This document shows positions 26,168 through 37,100 of a DNA stretch of 64,000 bases, in pieces (position 1 is the stretch's first letter; every line of letters begins with the position of its first letter). A program made the position numbers and the translations under genes. Under the pieces are notes generated by a model that was not told the DNA's origin, searched no databases, and saw only the letters and a program-made list of their open reading frames with translations. This DNA is from a virus, in the IMG/VR virus record IMGVR_UViG_3300025085_000007. One strand, written 5' to 3'.

Positions 26168-27232
26168 ATGTCAGAGAAAGAATCAAGTATTGTTGATGCT
26201 GCAGAAGGGCAGTCAACAGAAAATGAAGCGCAAGAAAGTACAGGGTTTGATATAAACGCATTCCTGAGTGAAGAAGAAGGTAAAGTAGATACTAACACAG
26301 ATGATCAGCCATATACAGAGGTTGATAACTCTAAATCGGGTGATGATGAAGACATTGATGGTTTTGCTTGGAGCGATATTGAATCGCCAACAAACGAAGA
26401 AGAAGAGTCTGAAGAAGAGCAAGAGGAAGAGGAAGATTGGGATGAAGTTGTCTTTAGAAAAAAAGAGAGTACTGAAGCCGAGTCTGATAAAGAAGATGAA
26501 GTTAGCGAAGAACCTGGAGAAATAGATTGGAAAGCAGTATCTGAATCTTTAGGTTTAAAAATTGATAGCAACTATAAAGAGCAGTTAGAAGCTATTGTTA
26601 GAAAGATGGATGCACAAGGTGTAGATCCAATTAAATCTGCTAAAGAAAATGAAATCATTGATAAAATGGAATCATTTTTAAAAATGTCTGATAGAGATTT
26701 ATTGTCAGAAGAAATGAAAAATGACGGAATGGAAGATGACGATATTGTTTCTGTTTTAGATTCTATGGAAGATGCTGGCACAATAAAAAGAGATGCATTT
26801 AGAATTAGAAAACAAATTAATCAATATCTAGAACAGGCTCGAGCAGAAAATGCAGAAAAAACACAAAAAGAGTCAAAAGCAAAAAAAGAAGCTATAGCTA
26901 ATAATAAAAAGGAGCTACAACGCCAATTAAAAGATATGAATACTTTTATGGGTGGTAAAGTTGGAAAGAAGGATATGCAAGAAGCATACAAGTATATCGT
27001 ATCTGGTGATATGCAAAAGGATATTTGGAACAGTCACGGCAATGCCGCGGAGGTTGCAATGTTTATGCTATACAAAGATAAGTTTGCTCAAATCTTGCGT
27101 AACCAAGGTAGAGAAGAAGGTAAAGCTGGTATCTTAGATATTATCTCGTCTCCTTCTCGTGGCGGTAAGAACAAATCTGATTATAAACCAAAATCTAAAG
27201 GATTTGATCCCGCAGCATTTATGAAGGAATAA
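26168..27232 (+). CDS. Putative capsid scaffolding protein
   Basis: Highly acidic N-terminal half and coiled coil; lies between portal and MCP. Confidence 0.7.
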   Translation: MSEKESSIVDAAEGQSTENEAQESTGFDINAFLSEEEGKVDTNTDDQPYTEVDNSKSGDDEDIDGFAWSDIESPTNEEEESEEEQEEEEDWDEVVFRKKESTEAESDKEDEVSEEPGEIDWKAVSESLGLKIDSNYKEQLEAIVRKMDAQGVDPIKSAKENEIIDKMESFLKMSDRDLLSEEMKNDGMEDDDIVSVLDSMEDAGTIKRDAFRIRKQINQYLEQARAENAEKTQKESKAKKEAIANNKKELQRQLKDMNTFMGGKVGKKDMQEAYKYIVSGDMQKDIWNSHGNAAEVAMFMLYKDKFAQILRNQGREEGKAGILDIISSPSRGGKNKSDYKPKSKGFDPAAFMKE

Positions 27233-27315
27233 TTAAACAAAGGCAAAGCTCATTGTAAAGATTATGACTAAGTAAATTTTAATTTAGTTTTTAATTTTTA
27301 AATAATAATAACGAA

Positions 27316-28755
27316 ATGGCAAAATTAACCTTTTCAAATGGTCAGTACGGCAACGGAACTACTCCAGAAAACGCATTAAACAACGCGTTACTACAGTATC
27401 CTGAAATTGCACGTACTTTAATTTCTCAATATCCGAGATACACACTAACTTTGCTTTTAGAAAAAGCAGGTTTATATGCTTCTGAGAGAGTCTTAGGAGA
27501 TAACTCATTCGAGTGGAAAGTAATGGGTAGATTGAATAAAAAGCAATTTGTTAAATCTGGTAACGGAACACATGCTGCTGGTGCTTCAGTCACAGTTACT
27601 TTTAGTGACACTTCAGGTGGCGCTGCTGTAAACTACTACAACAAATACGATCTTATTCGTTTTGAAGATGGTGGTACAGGTCTTGTAACAGCTATATCAT
27701 CTACAAACTATACTGTAGAAATGATTGACGCTTCTACATTTGGTGCAAACTCTGTAGCTGGTAGAATTGGTTCTGCTTTCCCTTACGGATCTAGCGGATC
27801 AGATGTTGGTGAGAATTGGGCTTACCCAGATACTCACAAGAACTGGTTAACAATTATGCGTAAAAAATGTACAGTAACAGGAAAAGATGCTACTGACGTT
27901 ACGTGGATTGAAAACAACGGTTCTCGTTTATGGTACTTTACTCGTGAGCAACAGCTTATGGATCAGTTTATGTACGAGCAAGAATTACAAAGATGGTATG
28001 GAAAAAAATCTGTAGCATCTATTGCTAACTCTTACGCTTCTACTAACACAGACATTTTCAATGAAGATGTATCTGACCAAGTTTTAGCTGATGGTACTGA
28101 TGGTCGTGTAATTATAGGAGATGGTCTTCTTGCACAAATTGACTCATCAAACCAAGGTACTTATACTGCAGGTTCTCTTACTGAGGACATCATTACAGAA
28201 TTTATCGCTAAGCTTTCTTTGAATGCTCAAGGTGCTGAAGGTAATGAGTGGTTAGTATACACAGGTACTGAAGGACGTTTAGCTTTCCATAAAGCTATGA
28301 AAGATTTATTAGTTGCTCCTTCTGGATCAATGACTGGTGGATCTATGTCTGGTGTAAGTGGTGACGTATCTTTAGGTGCTAACTTTACATCTTATCACGC
28401 ATTAGGTAACAAGATTACTGTTGCTTATTGTCCTGTATTTGATGACGCGCACATGCACGGTGCTACTTCAGGAACTAACGCATTTGGTGATAGCCGTCTA
28501 AAAGAATCTGCTAAAATGGTATTCTTAGATATGGGTAAAACAAATGGTGTTTCTAACGTAGAACTTATCACTAAAGGTGCTGAGGGAACTAACAGAAGCT
28601 TTGTTAAGAAGTACGTAACAGGTATGGTAAATCCTTACGATTCTAATTCTATGATGGCTGCTAACGCTGATGACAAATTTGAATGTCACGTTTTAGCTGA
28701 ATCAGGAATTGTTGTAAGAAATCCATTATCTTGCGGTATCTTATCAGTAGCGTAA
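27316..28755 (+). CDS. Major capsid protein (crAss-like HK97 fold)
   Basis: 479 aa; W..MG, NWLTIMRKKCTVTG, IGDGLLAQI, YTGTEG, C.VLAESGIVVRNP; strongly biased codons. Confidence 0.9.
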   Translation: MAKLTFSNGQYGNGTTPENALNNALLQYPEIARTLISQYPRYTLTLLLEKAGLYASERVLGDNSFEWKVMGRLNKKQFVKSGNGTHAAGASVTVTFSDTSGGAAVNYYNKYDLIRFEDGGTGLVTAISSTNYTVEMIDASTFGANSVAGRIGSAFPYGSSGSDVGENWAYPDTHKNWLTIMRKKCTVTGKDATDVTWIENNGSRLWYFTREQQLMDQFMYEQELQRWYGKKSVASIANSYASTNTDIFNEDVSDQVLADGTDGRVIIGDGLLAQIDSSNQGTYTAGSLTEDIITEFIAKLSLNAQGAEGNEWLVYTGTEGRLAFHKAMKDLLVAPSGSMTGGSMSGVSGDVSLGANFTSYHALGNKITVAYCPVFDDAHMHGATSGTNAFGDSRLKESAKMVFLDMGKTNGVSNVELITKGAEGTNRSFVKKYVTGMVNPYDSNSMMAANADDKFECHVLAESGIVVRNPLSCGILSVA

Positions 28756-28775
28756 TTAATTTATAATTTGACTGA

Positions 28776-28795
28776 GGGAGGGCTTCGGCTCTCCC
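28776..28795 (+). terminator. Stable hairpin GGGAGGGC-TTCG-GCTCTCCC after MCP (no U-tract; attenuator or stabiliser)
   Basis: 8-bp stem with a C-UUCG-G tetraloop. Confidence 0.55.
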
Positions 28796-28820
28796 AATAT
28801 GTCGCCTAAAAAAAAAGAAA

Positions 28821-29270
28821 ATGGCAAATTATTTAGATTTATCAAACAAATCCTCAGAAGCAGGGCAAGGAAGATTGCCTAAGTTTAGAGGTGAAATAAA
28901 AAATATTTCTGCAATTACGGCAGCTACTACTCTTTATGATTATGATAGTGGTCGTGTATTTACTATACAACAAGGCTCTGCCTTTACTATTACTTTACCT
29001 TTAGCTACAGTTAAAGCTGGTATTGAATTTACTTTCATACTTACTGCATCTGCTGCTCACGCTGTAAAGATTGATGGTGGCGCTTCTAATGCTATAAAAG
29101 GTGCTAGTATGGATGTATCATCAGCTATTAACAGTATTGATAATAACATGGTGCAATTTGTAGCAAGTGGTGTTGTAGGTAGTCGTATTCATTTAATTAG
29201 CGATGGTTCTAATTATTTAGTGCATGCTATTGACATGGGTACAAATAAAATTACAGGAACTAACTCTTAA
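28821..29270 (+). CDS. Putative capsid decoration/auxiliary protein, paralogue 1
   Basis: DSGRVFTI...TITLP...G..F pattern shared with the next gene; follows MCP. Confidence 0.55.
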   Translation: MANYLDLSNKSSEAGQGRLPKFRGEIKNISAITAATTLYDYDSGRVFTIQQGSAFTITLPLATVKAGIEFTFILTASAAHAVKIDGGASNAIKGASMDVSSAINSIDNNMVQFVASGVVGSRIHLISDGSNYLVHAIDMGTNKITGTNS

Positions 29271-29281
29271 TATTATTAAAT

Positions 29282-29746
29282 ATGTCTAATTATATAAATC
29301 CAGATAGAGGAGTAGTTATTGCAGGATTAGATCCTGTAGTAAAGTTTCATAGTTTTAAAATGCATTTCGAAGAAGTTACTGCTGACAGAGCGTTAGTAGA
29401 AAAAGATTCAGGAAAGCTATTAGGTCTAAACAAAAGTGATGGCCTAACCATAACTCTTCCATCTTTAGCACAAGCTAGTGATGGTTGGTATGTAGATATT
29501 TATGTTAAAGCTGCTAATGGATCAGGCAATTATGTTGTTTCTGAGCATTCAGATGACACAGATAAAATTGTAGCTTTTGGTCAAGAGATAGCTACAACAG
29601 GTGCTCAAATTTACAAAGCAGACACATCTACAATTACATTTCAAACAGGACCATCTTTAGGTGATTCTGTAAGAATATTTTGTGACGGATCTCAGTTTGT
29701 TGCAAAATGTTTGACACAAGATGATGCTGGTGTAGTCTTTGCGTAA
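29282..29746 (+). CDS. Putative capsid decoration/auxiliary protein, paralogue 2
   Basis: DSGKLLGL...TITLP...DGW..I; G..V.I.CDGS matches G..I.L.SDGS of paralogue 1. Confidence 0.55.
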   Translation: MSNYINPDRGVVIAGLDPVVKFHSFKMHFEEVTADRALVEKDSGKLLGLNKSDGLTITLPSLAQASDGWYVDIYVKAANGSGNYVVSEHSDDTDKIVAFGQEIATTGAQIYKADTSTITFQTGPSLGDSVRIFCDGSQFVAKCLTQDDAGVVFA

Positions 29747-29759
29747 AATTATATAATGA

Positions 29760-29782
29760 GGGAGGGGCTTTATGCCTCTCCT
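29760..29782 (+). terminator. Hairpin GGAGGGGC-TTTAT-GCCTCTCC (sister of 28776; no strong U-tract)
   Basis: Same GAGGGAGGG..C...GC.TCTCC stem sequence. Confidence 0.5.
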
Positions 29783-29796
29783 AAATTTATTTAAGA

Positions 29797-30003
29797 ATGG
29801 CAATATATAAATTAATAAATGGTAAATTAGTCGACGTTAACGACTTACCGCAAGAAGAAAAAAAGGACAAACACTTTAATTCTTCTATAAACCTAACTCC
29901 AGGGATTAAGTGGGGTAACAGAGGGTATCAGAAAAAATACATTTCTACTGACGAAAGAGGTAGAAGAAAAGTTTACTCTGAAACCAAAAACACAGGAGAG
30001 TAA
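29797..30003 (+). CDS. Small hypothetical protein
   Basis: 68-aa ORF. Confidence 0.55.
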   Translation: MAIYKLINGKLVDVNDLPQEEKKDKHFNSSINLTPGIKWGNRGYQKKYISTDERGRRKVYSETKNTGE

Positions 30004-30023
30004 TTAATTAAAAACCAAAAAAA

Positions 30024-30704
30024 ATGGCACATTTAGTTTACATTAAAGCGAAAGATCACAAAAAGTTTAACTACGCATCTTTTGCTGCTTACAAAAACAA
30101 AGAAGGAAAAACAGTAACATTGTTAGATCCAGATGGAAATCCTATGGAAAAGTGGGAGCTTAACAATGCAATGCAAGGTTTTGATTTAGAAAATGAACAC
30201 GACAAAAGAGTGTGGGATTACCTACAAGAACATCCAGCTGTAAAAAGAGGTGGATTTACTTTTGTTGATTCTAGAAAAGGTGAGCAAGAAAACGCTGCTA
30301 AAGCTATTGCATCTGCAGAAGCAGTAACAACAGCAACATCTATGACACCAGCAGAGTATGATGATATGGCAAGATTAATTGGTATATCACAAAACTTTGA
30401 TGACATTATTAGAAAAGCAAGAGTATTGCAGTATGCTAATACATATCCAGACAAGTTCTTAGCTCTTTATAACAACAAAGACAAGGACTATTATGTTTTC
30501 TTAAAGAAAGCTGCAGAGAAAGGCATTATAGCATATATTAATGATGTATGGAAATACGGATCTAATAGCATGGGTCTAACTGATGAGGCTGCTATAGAGT
30601 GGTTGAAAAACAACAAAGACATCTATGCTTTATTGCGTAATGAATTAAGAGGTAACAAAGAAGTTGTTGCAGAAAAAATTAAATCTACTAAAAAAAGTAA
30701 ATAA
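30024..30704 (+). CDS. Conserved structural-module protein downstream of MCP
   Basis: 226 aa; FL..Y.N.D...Y.F..KA...G.I......KYG...MG...AIEWL pattern typical of crAss head modules. Confidence 0.65.
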   Translation: MAHLVYIKAKDHKKFNYASFAAYKNKEGKTVTLLDPDGNPMEKWELNNAMQGFDLENEHDKRVWDYLQEHPAVKRGGFTFVDSRKGEQENAAKAIASAEAVTTATSMTPAEYDDMARLIGISQNFDDIIRKARVLQYANTYPDKFLALYNNKDKDYYVFLKKAAEKGIIAYINDVWKYGSNSMGLTDEAAIEWLKNNKDIYALLRNELRGNKEVVAEKIKSTKKSK

Positions 30705-31285
30705 TGCGTATAACAGATGCTTTAGCTACTATGGATTTGCTTTTAGATAAAGCAGAACAACCATATTATAGCTCTGAAGAAAAAATAGAATTTTTAAAAG
30801 AAGCTTTACATTCTTTTATTAATAAACATTATTCAGAGTATGATAAAAGCCAAGTGTCTAGAGACGCATTACAAGCTTTTGTTAAAACGGATACTAACGC
30901 ACAATTACCTAACGATTATTTGCATTTAATAAGTGTTTTAAATAATAGTAAAGAGTTAGAAATTGTTGGCATTAAACAATATGAGTCTAATGTACATAGT
31001 GGAGATCCTTTTAATAAAAATAGTATTGCAACAGTAAAAAATGGTTCAATAGAAGTTAATGACGATTCGCCTAGCTTAAATTATACATATTTATCTAGTC
31101 CTAAGATTACATCTATATTTGACACTATAGATTTAAGTGGATCTGAACCTTCTGTTGTAAAAACAGTTCCTGAAATTTATCTAAGCGAAATTATAAATTT
31201 AGCTGTAAGAAAAATGATGGTAAATACAGAGAGCGACAGCGTGTTAGTAAGTAGTGCAGAGATAGAGCAAAGCAGACCGAAATAA
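30704..31285 (+). CDS. Neck/tail ring protein (head-tail adaptor-like)
   Basis: DLLLDK....Y..EE...FL.EA...FI N-terminus; LP..YL; EI..LAV C-terminus. Confidence 0.6.
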   Translation: MRITDALATMDLLLDKAEQPYYSSEEKIEFLKEALHSFINKHYSEYDKSQVSRDALQAFVKTDTNAQLPNDYLHLISVLNNSKELEIVGIKQYESNVHSGDPFNKNSIATVKNGSIEVNDDSPSLNYTYLSSPKITSIFDTIDLSGSEPSVVKTVPEIYLSEIINLAVRKMMVNTESDSVLVSSAEIEQSRPK

Positions 31286-31311
31286 AGAGCTTTTTTGCTC
31301 TCTGCTCAATG

Positions 31312-31360
31312 ATAGGTCTAAGTACTAATTTATTTAGTGCAAGGGCCTATTGTTGTTTCT
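31312..31360 (+). terminator. Long hairpin followed by a U-rich tract
   Basis: ATAGGTCT..GTACTAA-TTTAT-TTAGTGC..GGGCCTAT, then TGTTGTTTCT. Confidence 0.6.
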
Positions 31361-31372
31361 AGTAATTTTAAG

Positions 31373-31380
31373 TATTTTTG
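31373..31380 (+). promoter_or_regulatory. -7 promoter box TATTTTTG
   Basis: Directly after the terminator and 8 nt before the ATG at 31389. Confidence 0.6.
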
Positions 31381-31388
31381 TAAAACAT

Positions 31389-32399
31389 ATGGCAACATTA
31401 AATGAAATAGCATACAACATCAAAAGATTAGCTTATGGTGGTAAAAGTAATTCTGAGCAAAATGTAAATATTGAGCAGATTAAATTTTGGATACATTATC
31501 ATAGAGCTATGATGTTAAAAGAAATATCTGCCGAAGGAAAAGAATTAAACTATAGTAATTTTCAATCTATTCTTTTTGATCAATCTAACGATGCTTTTGC
31601 GACAAGAGGTCAATGGGCAAATTACATAAATACTACAGCAGACGACACTATAATAACTGAAGCTATAGAAGATGATCCTGTAACAGAAGAAGATGAAACA
31701 GCAGCAGCTGTTACAGCAGATCCTACAGCTACAACTAATAGCTCTATCCAGTTAATAGCTTATTCTAATAGAACAGCTAGTTTAGCTGGGATAACACCTA
31801 ACTCGCAATTAACTATAAACGAAAGTTTTTACGGATCAAATCATTACGATAATAATTTTAAAAGAAGACATGATGATTATGGTATTTTTGTATTAAATAT
31901 GCCAAATGTTATTAATATTGATGGTAGTGGTATTAAAAATTTGAGGTATAGAAAGACTCAAGATAATTTATATCAAAATCATGGATCTGTAGATATTCCT
32001 ATATTATCTCGCAATGAATGGGAAAACAAACAATACAATAGATTTTCTAAACATAGCGTTTCAGCTTTTGTAAGTAGACCTAGAAGCAATAATAATATAG
32101 ATCAATTGAATATAGGTTATGTTAAGTCTGTTTTTAAAAGTGATACAAATGGATATGAAGATCCAATAAGATATTTAATTTATGCTGATTTATTATTGTC
32201 TGATCCTACAAAAATGTCTGGATGGAATGATGATCAAACATATCCATTACAACAATCATTAGTAAATGTTCTTATAGAAAGAATATTGCAAAAAGAATTG
32301 AATTTTACATTAAGAGTACCAACCGATACAATAAGTGATAACTCAGATACAACAAAGATTGTTCAGCCGCAAGTACAAAGACAAGTACGTAACAGTTAG
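31389..32399 (+). CDS. Tail ring protein (crAss-like)
   Basis: MATLNEIAYNI...QIKFWIHYHRA motif; YPL.......I...IL.KE C-terminus; track start 31350 trimmed to Met14. Confidence 0.65.
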   Translation: MATLNEIAYNIKRLAYGGKSNSEQNVNIEQIKFWIHYHRAMMLKEISAEGKELNYSNFQSILFDQSNDAFATRGQWANYINTTADDTIITEAIEDDPVTEEDETAAAVTADPTATTNSSIQLIAYSNRTASLAGITPNSQLTINESFYGSNHYDNNFKRRHDDYGIFVLNMPNVINIDGSGIKNLRYRKTQDNLYQNHGSVDIPILSRNEWENKQYNRFSKHSVSAFVSRPRSNNNIDQLNIGYVKSVFKSDTNGYEDPIRYLIYADLLLSDPTKMSGWNDDQTYPLQQSLVNVLIERILQKELNFTLRVPTDTISDNSDTTKIVQPQVQRQVRNS

Positions 32400-32742
32400 A
32401 AAGATATATAATGATAGTGATATAGATTTACCTTACAGTAAGTATTACGCTATCGTTAAAAGGTTTTTTGAAATATTATTTAGAGATGTAGTAACAAGAT
32501 TAGAGCTTGTACATCTACCAAATAAGATGGGGTATATTTATTTAGACAAAAAAGAACATAAAAGAGCTTTTCATTATAGAATTGATTTGAATGAGTCTAA
32601 TAAAAAAGGAGAAAAGGTAATATATAAGGTTCCTATATTGGATGATTATTATTATAAGATAATATGGGTAAGACCACATAAATATAAAAATTGCAAAATA
32701 ATGCCTTTAACAAAGGTTAAAAATTTAATTAAAGAATTATAA
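32335..32742 (+). CDS. IHF/HU-like protein of the crAss tail module
   Basis: Y..IV..FF..L...V......LP..MG.I...K pattern; exact start uncertain. Confidence 0.5.
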   Translation: MITQIQQRLFSRKYKDKYVTVRKIYNDSDIDLPYSKYYAIVKRFFEILFRDVVTRLELVHLPNKMGYIYLDKKEHKRAFHYRIDLNESNKKGEKVIYKVPILDDYYYKIIWVRPHKYKNCKIMPLTKVKNLIKEL

Positions 32743-32743
32743 A

Positions 32744-33205
32744 ATGGCAACTAAATTAACAGGATCAGCATTAACAGTTACTATAACTGAATCGCTAAAT
32801 GTAGCTAACAGTACTGCTGCTGATAGCTTAGACTTTGCGCAAACTACTACAATGAGTTTTGCAGATATAGTTAATGTAGACAAAAGGATTGTTAAATTAG
32901 CTAATACTAACGTTACAACAATAGCTAATTTTGATACAACAGAATCTGCAGGTACTTACAAATTAGGTGATGTAAAATATATTAGAGTTACAAATTTAGA
33001 TTCAGCACAAAATTTACAAGTTGGATTTGAGGATAGTGGTTCAGATGCAGCATATACTTCAGTAGCTCCAGGTTGTTCTGTAGTTTATACAACTACAAAA
33101 GTTGAAGGAACAGTAGGTGGATCAACTTTTGATAATGTCGCTACATTAAAAGTTAAAGCTGGACACAACAATCAAAATGTAGAATTGTTTGTAGCGTCAG
33201 AATAA
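32744..33205 (+). CDS. Putative virion structural protein
   Basis: Thr/Ala/Val-rich beta protein (LTVTITESL...KYIRVTNLD...VELFVAS). Confidence 0.6.
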   Translation: MATKLTGSALTVTITESLNVANSTAADSLDFAQTTTMSFADIVNVDKRIVKLANTNVTTIANFDTTESAGTYKLGDVKYIRVTNLDSAQNLQVGFEDSGSDAAYTSVAPGCSVVYTTTKVEGTVGGSTFDNVATLKVKAGHNNQNVELFVASE

Positions 33206-33215
33206 ATTATAAAAT

Positions 33216-34181
33216 ATGTTTGTACCTGTACACAGAGTTTTTAATAATGTATCTAGAAATCTAGGTTTAGAAAATTATACTAACAATATAGATGCTTGGG
33301 CAGAGTGGGCTTTTGAAGCAGAGCAATATATTGGAAGTAATAAAACATTTTTACAAAAAGAGATAGTTTATTCTAGTACTCCAGAAGCAGCTGTTGGATC
33401 TATAGAGATTGCAACAAATCCTACAGATATGTCATACATAGACATAAACGGAACTAGATTCTTTTTTGTAAGTAGCACTATAGTAGGTGATGATTTTTAC
33501 ATTGATATAAAGTCTACTGTATACTTAACTTTACAAGAAGCGGTAGATGTTATAAACAAATCATTGTATGATAATATCCAAGGCTTAAAGGCTAGTACAA
33601 GTGGTTTTGTATTAACACTAACTTGTCAAGAAAATGGTGATTGGGGTAATCACTTGACACTAGATTCTGATATAGGCAAAGTAACTGCTTTTGCAGGAGG
33701 TAAAGAGATGTATCACAATAACCAAGTTAGATTGCCTGATAATATGGTTAAAATGTTGTCAGTTAAAGCTGGAGGCACTATTATATTTCCTACAAGCTCA
33801 CAATTTAGATCTTCTGTATCAGAAAACAGTAACAAATATTATGTTAACGGTAATAGATTAAATTTGACTAATACATATACAAAAGATGTTACAGTAAGTT
33901 ATTTAGCTGTTCCTATGTCAGAAGAAGGTTATCCAATGGTAAAACAAGGGCACGAAGAAGCTGTTGCATCTTATATTATGTGGAAGCATAAATTAATTAC
34001 GTATTATTCTGGCGAAACACCACAATATATTATTAAAGATTTAGAAAGAAGATGGTATCAGTTGTGTGGTAAAGTTCGTGGAGATGATAATATGCCAAAT
34101 TCATCTGAATTATTAAAAATAGGTAAGGTTTGGAACTCTAAAACTAGACCTAGATTGTATGACGGTTTAAATAACTATTAA
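33216..34181 (+). CDS. Tail tubular/ring protein
   Basis: D..A.W..EA...IG N-terminus; YLA.P...GYPMV...H..A...YI.WK C-terminus. Confidence 0.65.
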   Translation: MFVPVHRVFNNVSRNLGLENYTNNIDAWAEWAFEAEQYIGSNKTFLQKEIVYSSTPEAAVGSIEIATNPTDMSYIDINGTRFFFVSSTIVGDDFYIDIKSTVYLTLQEAVDVINKSLYDNIQGLKASTSGFVLTLTCQENGDWGNHLTLDSDIGKVTAFAGGKEMYHNNQVRLPDNMVKMLSVKAGGTIIFPTSSQFRSSVSENSNKYYVNGNRLNLTNTYTKDVTVSYLAVPMSEEGYPMVKQGHEEAVASYIMWKHKLITYYSGETPQYIIKDLERRWYQLCGKVRGDDNMPNSSELLKIGKVWNSKTRPRLYDGLNNY

Positions 34182-37100
34182 TGGCTACCAATAAGCAAGA
34201 TAATAAAAAACAAAAAAGGAAAAATCAAATAACTAAACCTTCAGGTTTTTATGGAGGTATGGTTTCTGATCCTGATCCTAGGTTGCAGCCTAAAACAACT
34301 TACAGGTACGCTCGTAACATTAGTTTAATAAATTTAGACGGCACTTCATTAACTGTAGAAAATGCAAATGGAAACAGAAAGATTGTAGATTTATTAGAAT
34401 ATTTTGGTAAAGATAAACAAGGCAATTTTGGATTTTATAATTACAATACAAGTAGTATAGAATATTATGGCCCTCAAGAAGACAATACAGATACAAACCT
34501 AAATCAACAAGATTTTGCTGGTAATATTGTAGGTCATTATTCTTTTAAAAATCAATTGTTTTTAATTGTTTGTGGTATTACTAAATTTAGTGAAAACGAA
34601 TCTGATTTCAGAACACAATTTTTGTTGTTAGATTTTGACAATAACGGCGAGGTTTTAACAGTTAAAGATTTAAGAGTAAGTTTTAATGCTAATGGTGGCG
34701 CTGAGCTGCCTAATATAAACATGGACCCAACTATATTGTGTAGAGTTGAAGGTCTAGTAGAAAATGAATGCTTGACAAGAGTTTATTGGACAGACAATAA
34801 AAATCCACTAAGAACTTTATCTTTAAAAAGCTCTACTTTAACAACATTAGATCCTAATGAGTTAGATGTAAAGCCACAAGCTTCTTTTAATCAGCCTTTA
34901 GTTGATAAAACGATACCTGGATCATTATTGTCAGGTGTTTATGCATATGCTTTTAAATACAAAACAGATGATGGAGCAGTTTCAGGCATATCACCAATTA
35001 GCGATATATATCATGTTTCTAATAAGTCATTAGCTGGATCTGCTACTTATTATGGATCTAATTCTGGATTACCCACTAGTTATGGTTTACAAATAAAAGT
35101 AGGTGAGTTAGACGAAAGATATGATTCTGTAGAATTTTATTCTATTTATTATCAAGATTTAGATAATGCGCCTGTTGTTTCTAAGATAGGAGAAAAATCT
35201 ATTACAGGTAGTAGCATGGTGTTTACACATAGCTCTATGAAGCCTGAAATACCTTTAGGCTTAACTGAGGTTTTAATACCTTCTAATACCTGGGATCTTT
35301 GTAAGGATATTGCTGTAAAAGATAATATTTTATTTGCTGCAAATTTAAGAAGTATACAAAATGTAGTTAGTGAAAAAGAATGGAATGTTAGAGTTAGAAG
35401 ATGTTCTTTACACAATCTTAGTACAGGTAGCAGTTCTGTAGTTGGTGTTTTAACAACAACAGACACAGAAGTAAAAGATTATACACTAGATAGCTCTGGT
35501 AATCCATTTGAATTATATCAAGCGGGTTCTTACAAAAAATGGGATTTTAGTAATTCTTATAAAGCTTGTAGTCAATCACATAGATATATGCCTGAGATTA
35601 CAGATAAGCCTGTTTTAGGAGCGATGTCATATGGTTTTTTAGATACAGATAGTGCATATGCTCTAAAAAATGGATTAGGGGGATGTAGAGTATCTTTTTA
35701 TAATTTAAGAAAACTTTCAGAAAATAAAAACAACAAAGGAAAGAGTAATGATTTAACTTACGGGTCATATTCTTCTGAAGCTACAAATTTATATACTGAC
35801 TCATACACAGATATTAATAGTAGCAATAATAGCAATAACTATAAATTAAGCTTATCTAATATTGGTGGTGCTAAAGATATGGTTAGTGCAGGAAGTAGAA
35901 GAGGGTTCCAAAGAGGAGAAACATATAGATTTGGAGTGTTGGTATATGATAAAGCTGGAAATCCAGGTAATGTTTTGTGGATAGGCGATATACAAATGCC
36001 ATATCACTCTGACAGATATTACAGAAGAAAAATTGATAATTATACATGGGATAGTGTATTAAGAGATGATTTATATGAAGATGATACATATTCTATTGAT
36101 TATAGAATGTCTTCTAGCTCTGCTATGCAAGTTCCTGGATACGTAAATAAACATAATAAATTTGATCAAACTTTTTCTGATAACGGATCAACGGGTGCAT
36201 CTAGTTCTTTTGAAAAAAATAATATGTTTTTTAGTCCTCCTGGCGTAACAAATCATTACACTTATGATTTAGGACTTGTATTTGAATTTAAAATACCTCA
36301 AGAGGTAAGAAATAAAATATCTGGCTTTAAAGTAGTTAGAGCAGAAAGAACTGAAAACGATAGAAGCGTTCTACAACAAGGAGCATTAGCACAAACTGTA
36401 TATTATTCTAGAAAACCAGCAAGAAATCAATATTCATTTAAATATTCGCCATCAACAAGTTTAACAAACTTAGGTTCAGAAACAGATGAAACAAATCCAT
36501 TATGGCCTGAATACGAAACATTATTAGGTGGATATATTGGATTAAATTATTACCAAAACAATTTAGATGGTAGCGGTGGAGATGGAACTGCTGCTAATGA
36601 ATATATAGATACTTCTAATGCAGCAACATCTGTGTTGTTAAGAAAAGATCAAGATGGATTTTATTCTAGTGCAGGAGGAGCAGACACTAATTACACTACT
36701 TCTAGATATTTTGGATATGATGCATGGGGGACTTATAAAAGGTCTGGAACCACAGGAAATACAAGGCATATATGCTTAAATACTTGGGTAATGTATTCTC
36801 CTGACAGCGCTTTTGGTGTAAGGCCTTATCAACATGTTAATGGTAATAGACTAAGTATAATATCTACATTAAAAGCTGTAGATAAAATTAGAGTTAAATC
36901 AGATCCAGAAATAGAAGCTACTAATGAATACGGTAATGCTACAGGAGTTACTAGAACTTTTAATACTTCTGATTATCCTTCTATAGATACATCAATAAAT
37001 GAGGTTAGTGTAGGGTTTCAATACGGAGGATGGAATGCTGGTTCTGATAAAGGCGATTATTTTACAACAAAAAAAGTAGCAGAATCTGATCAAAGAGCAA

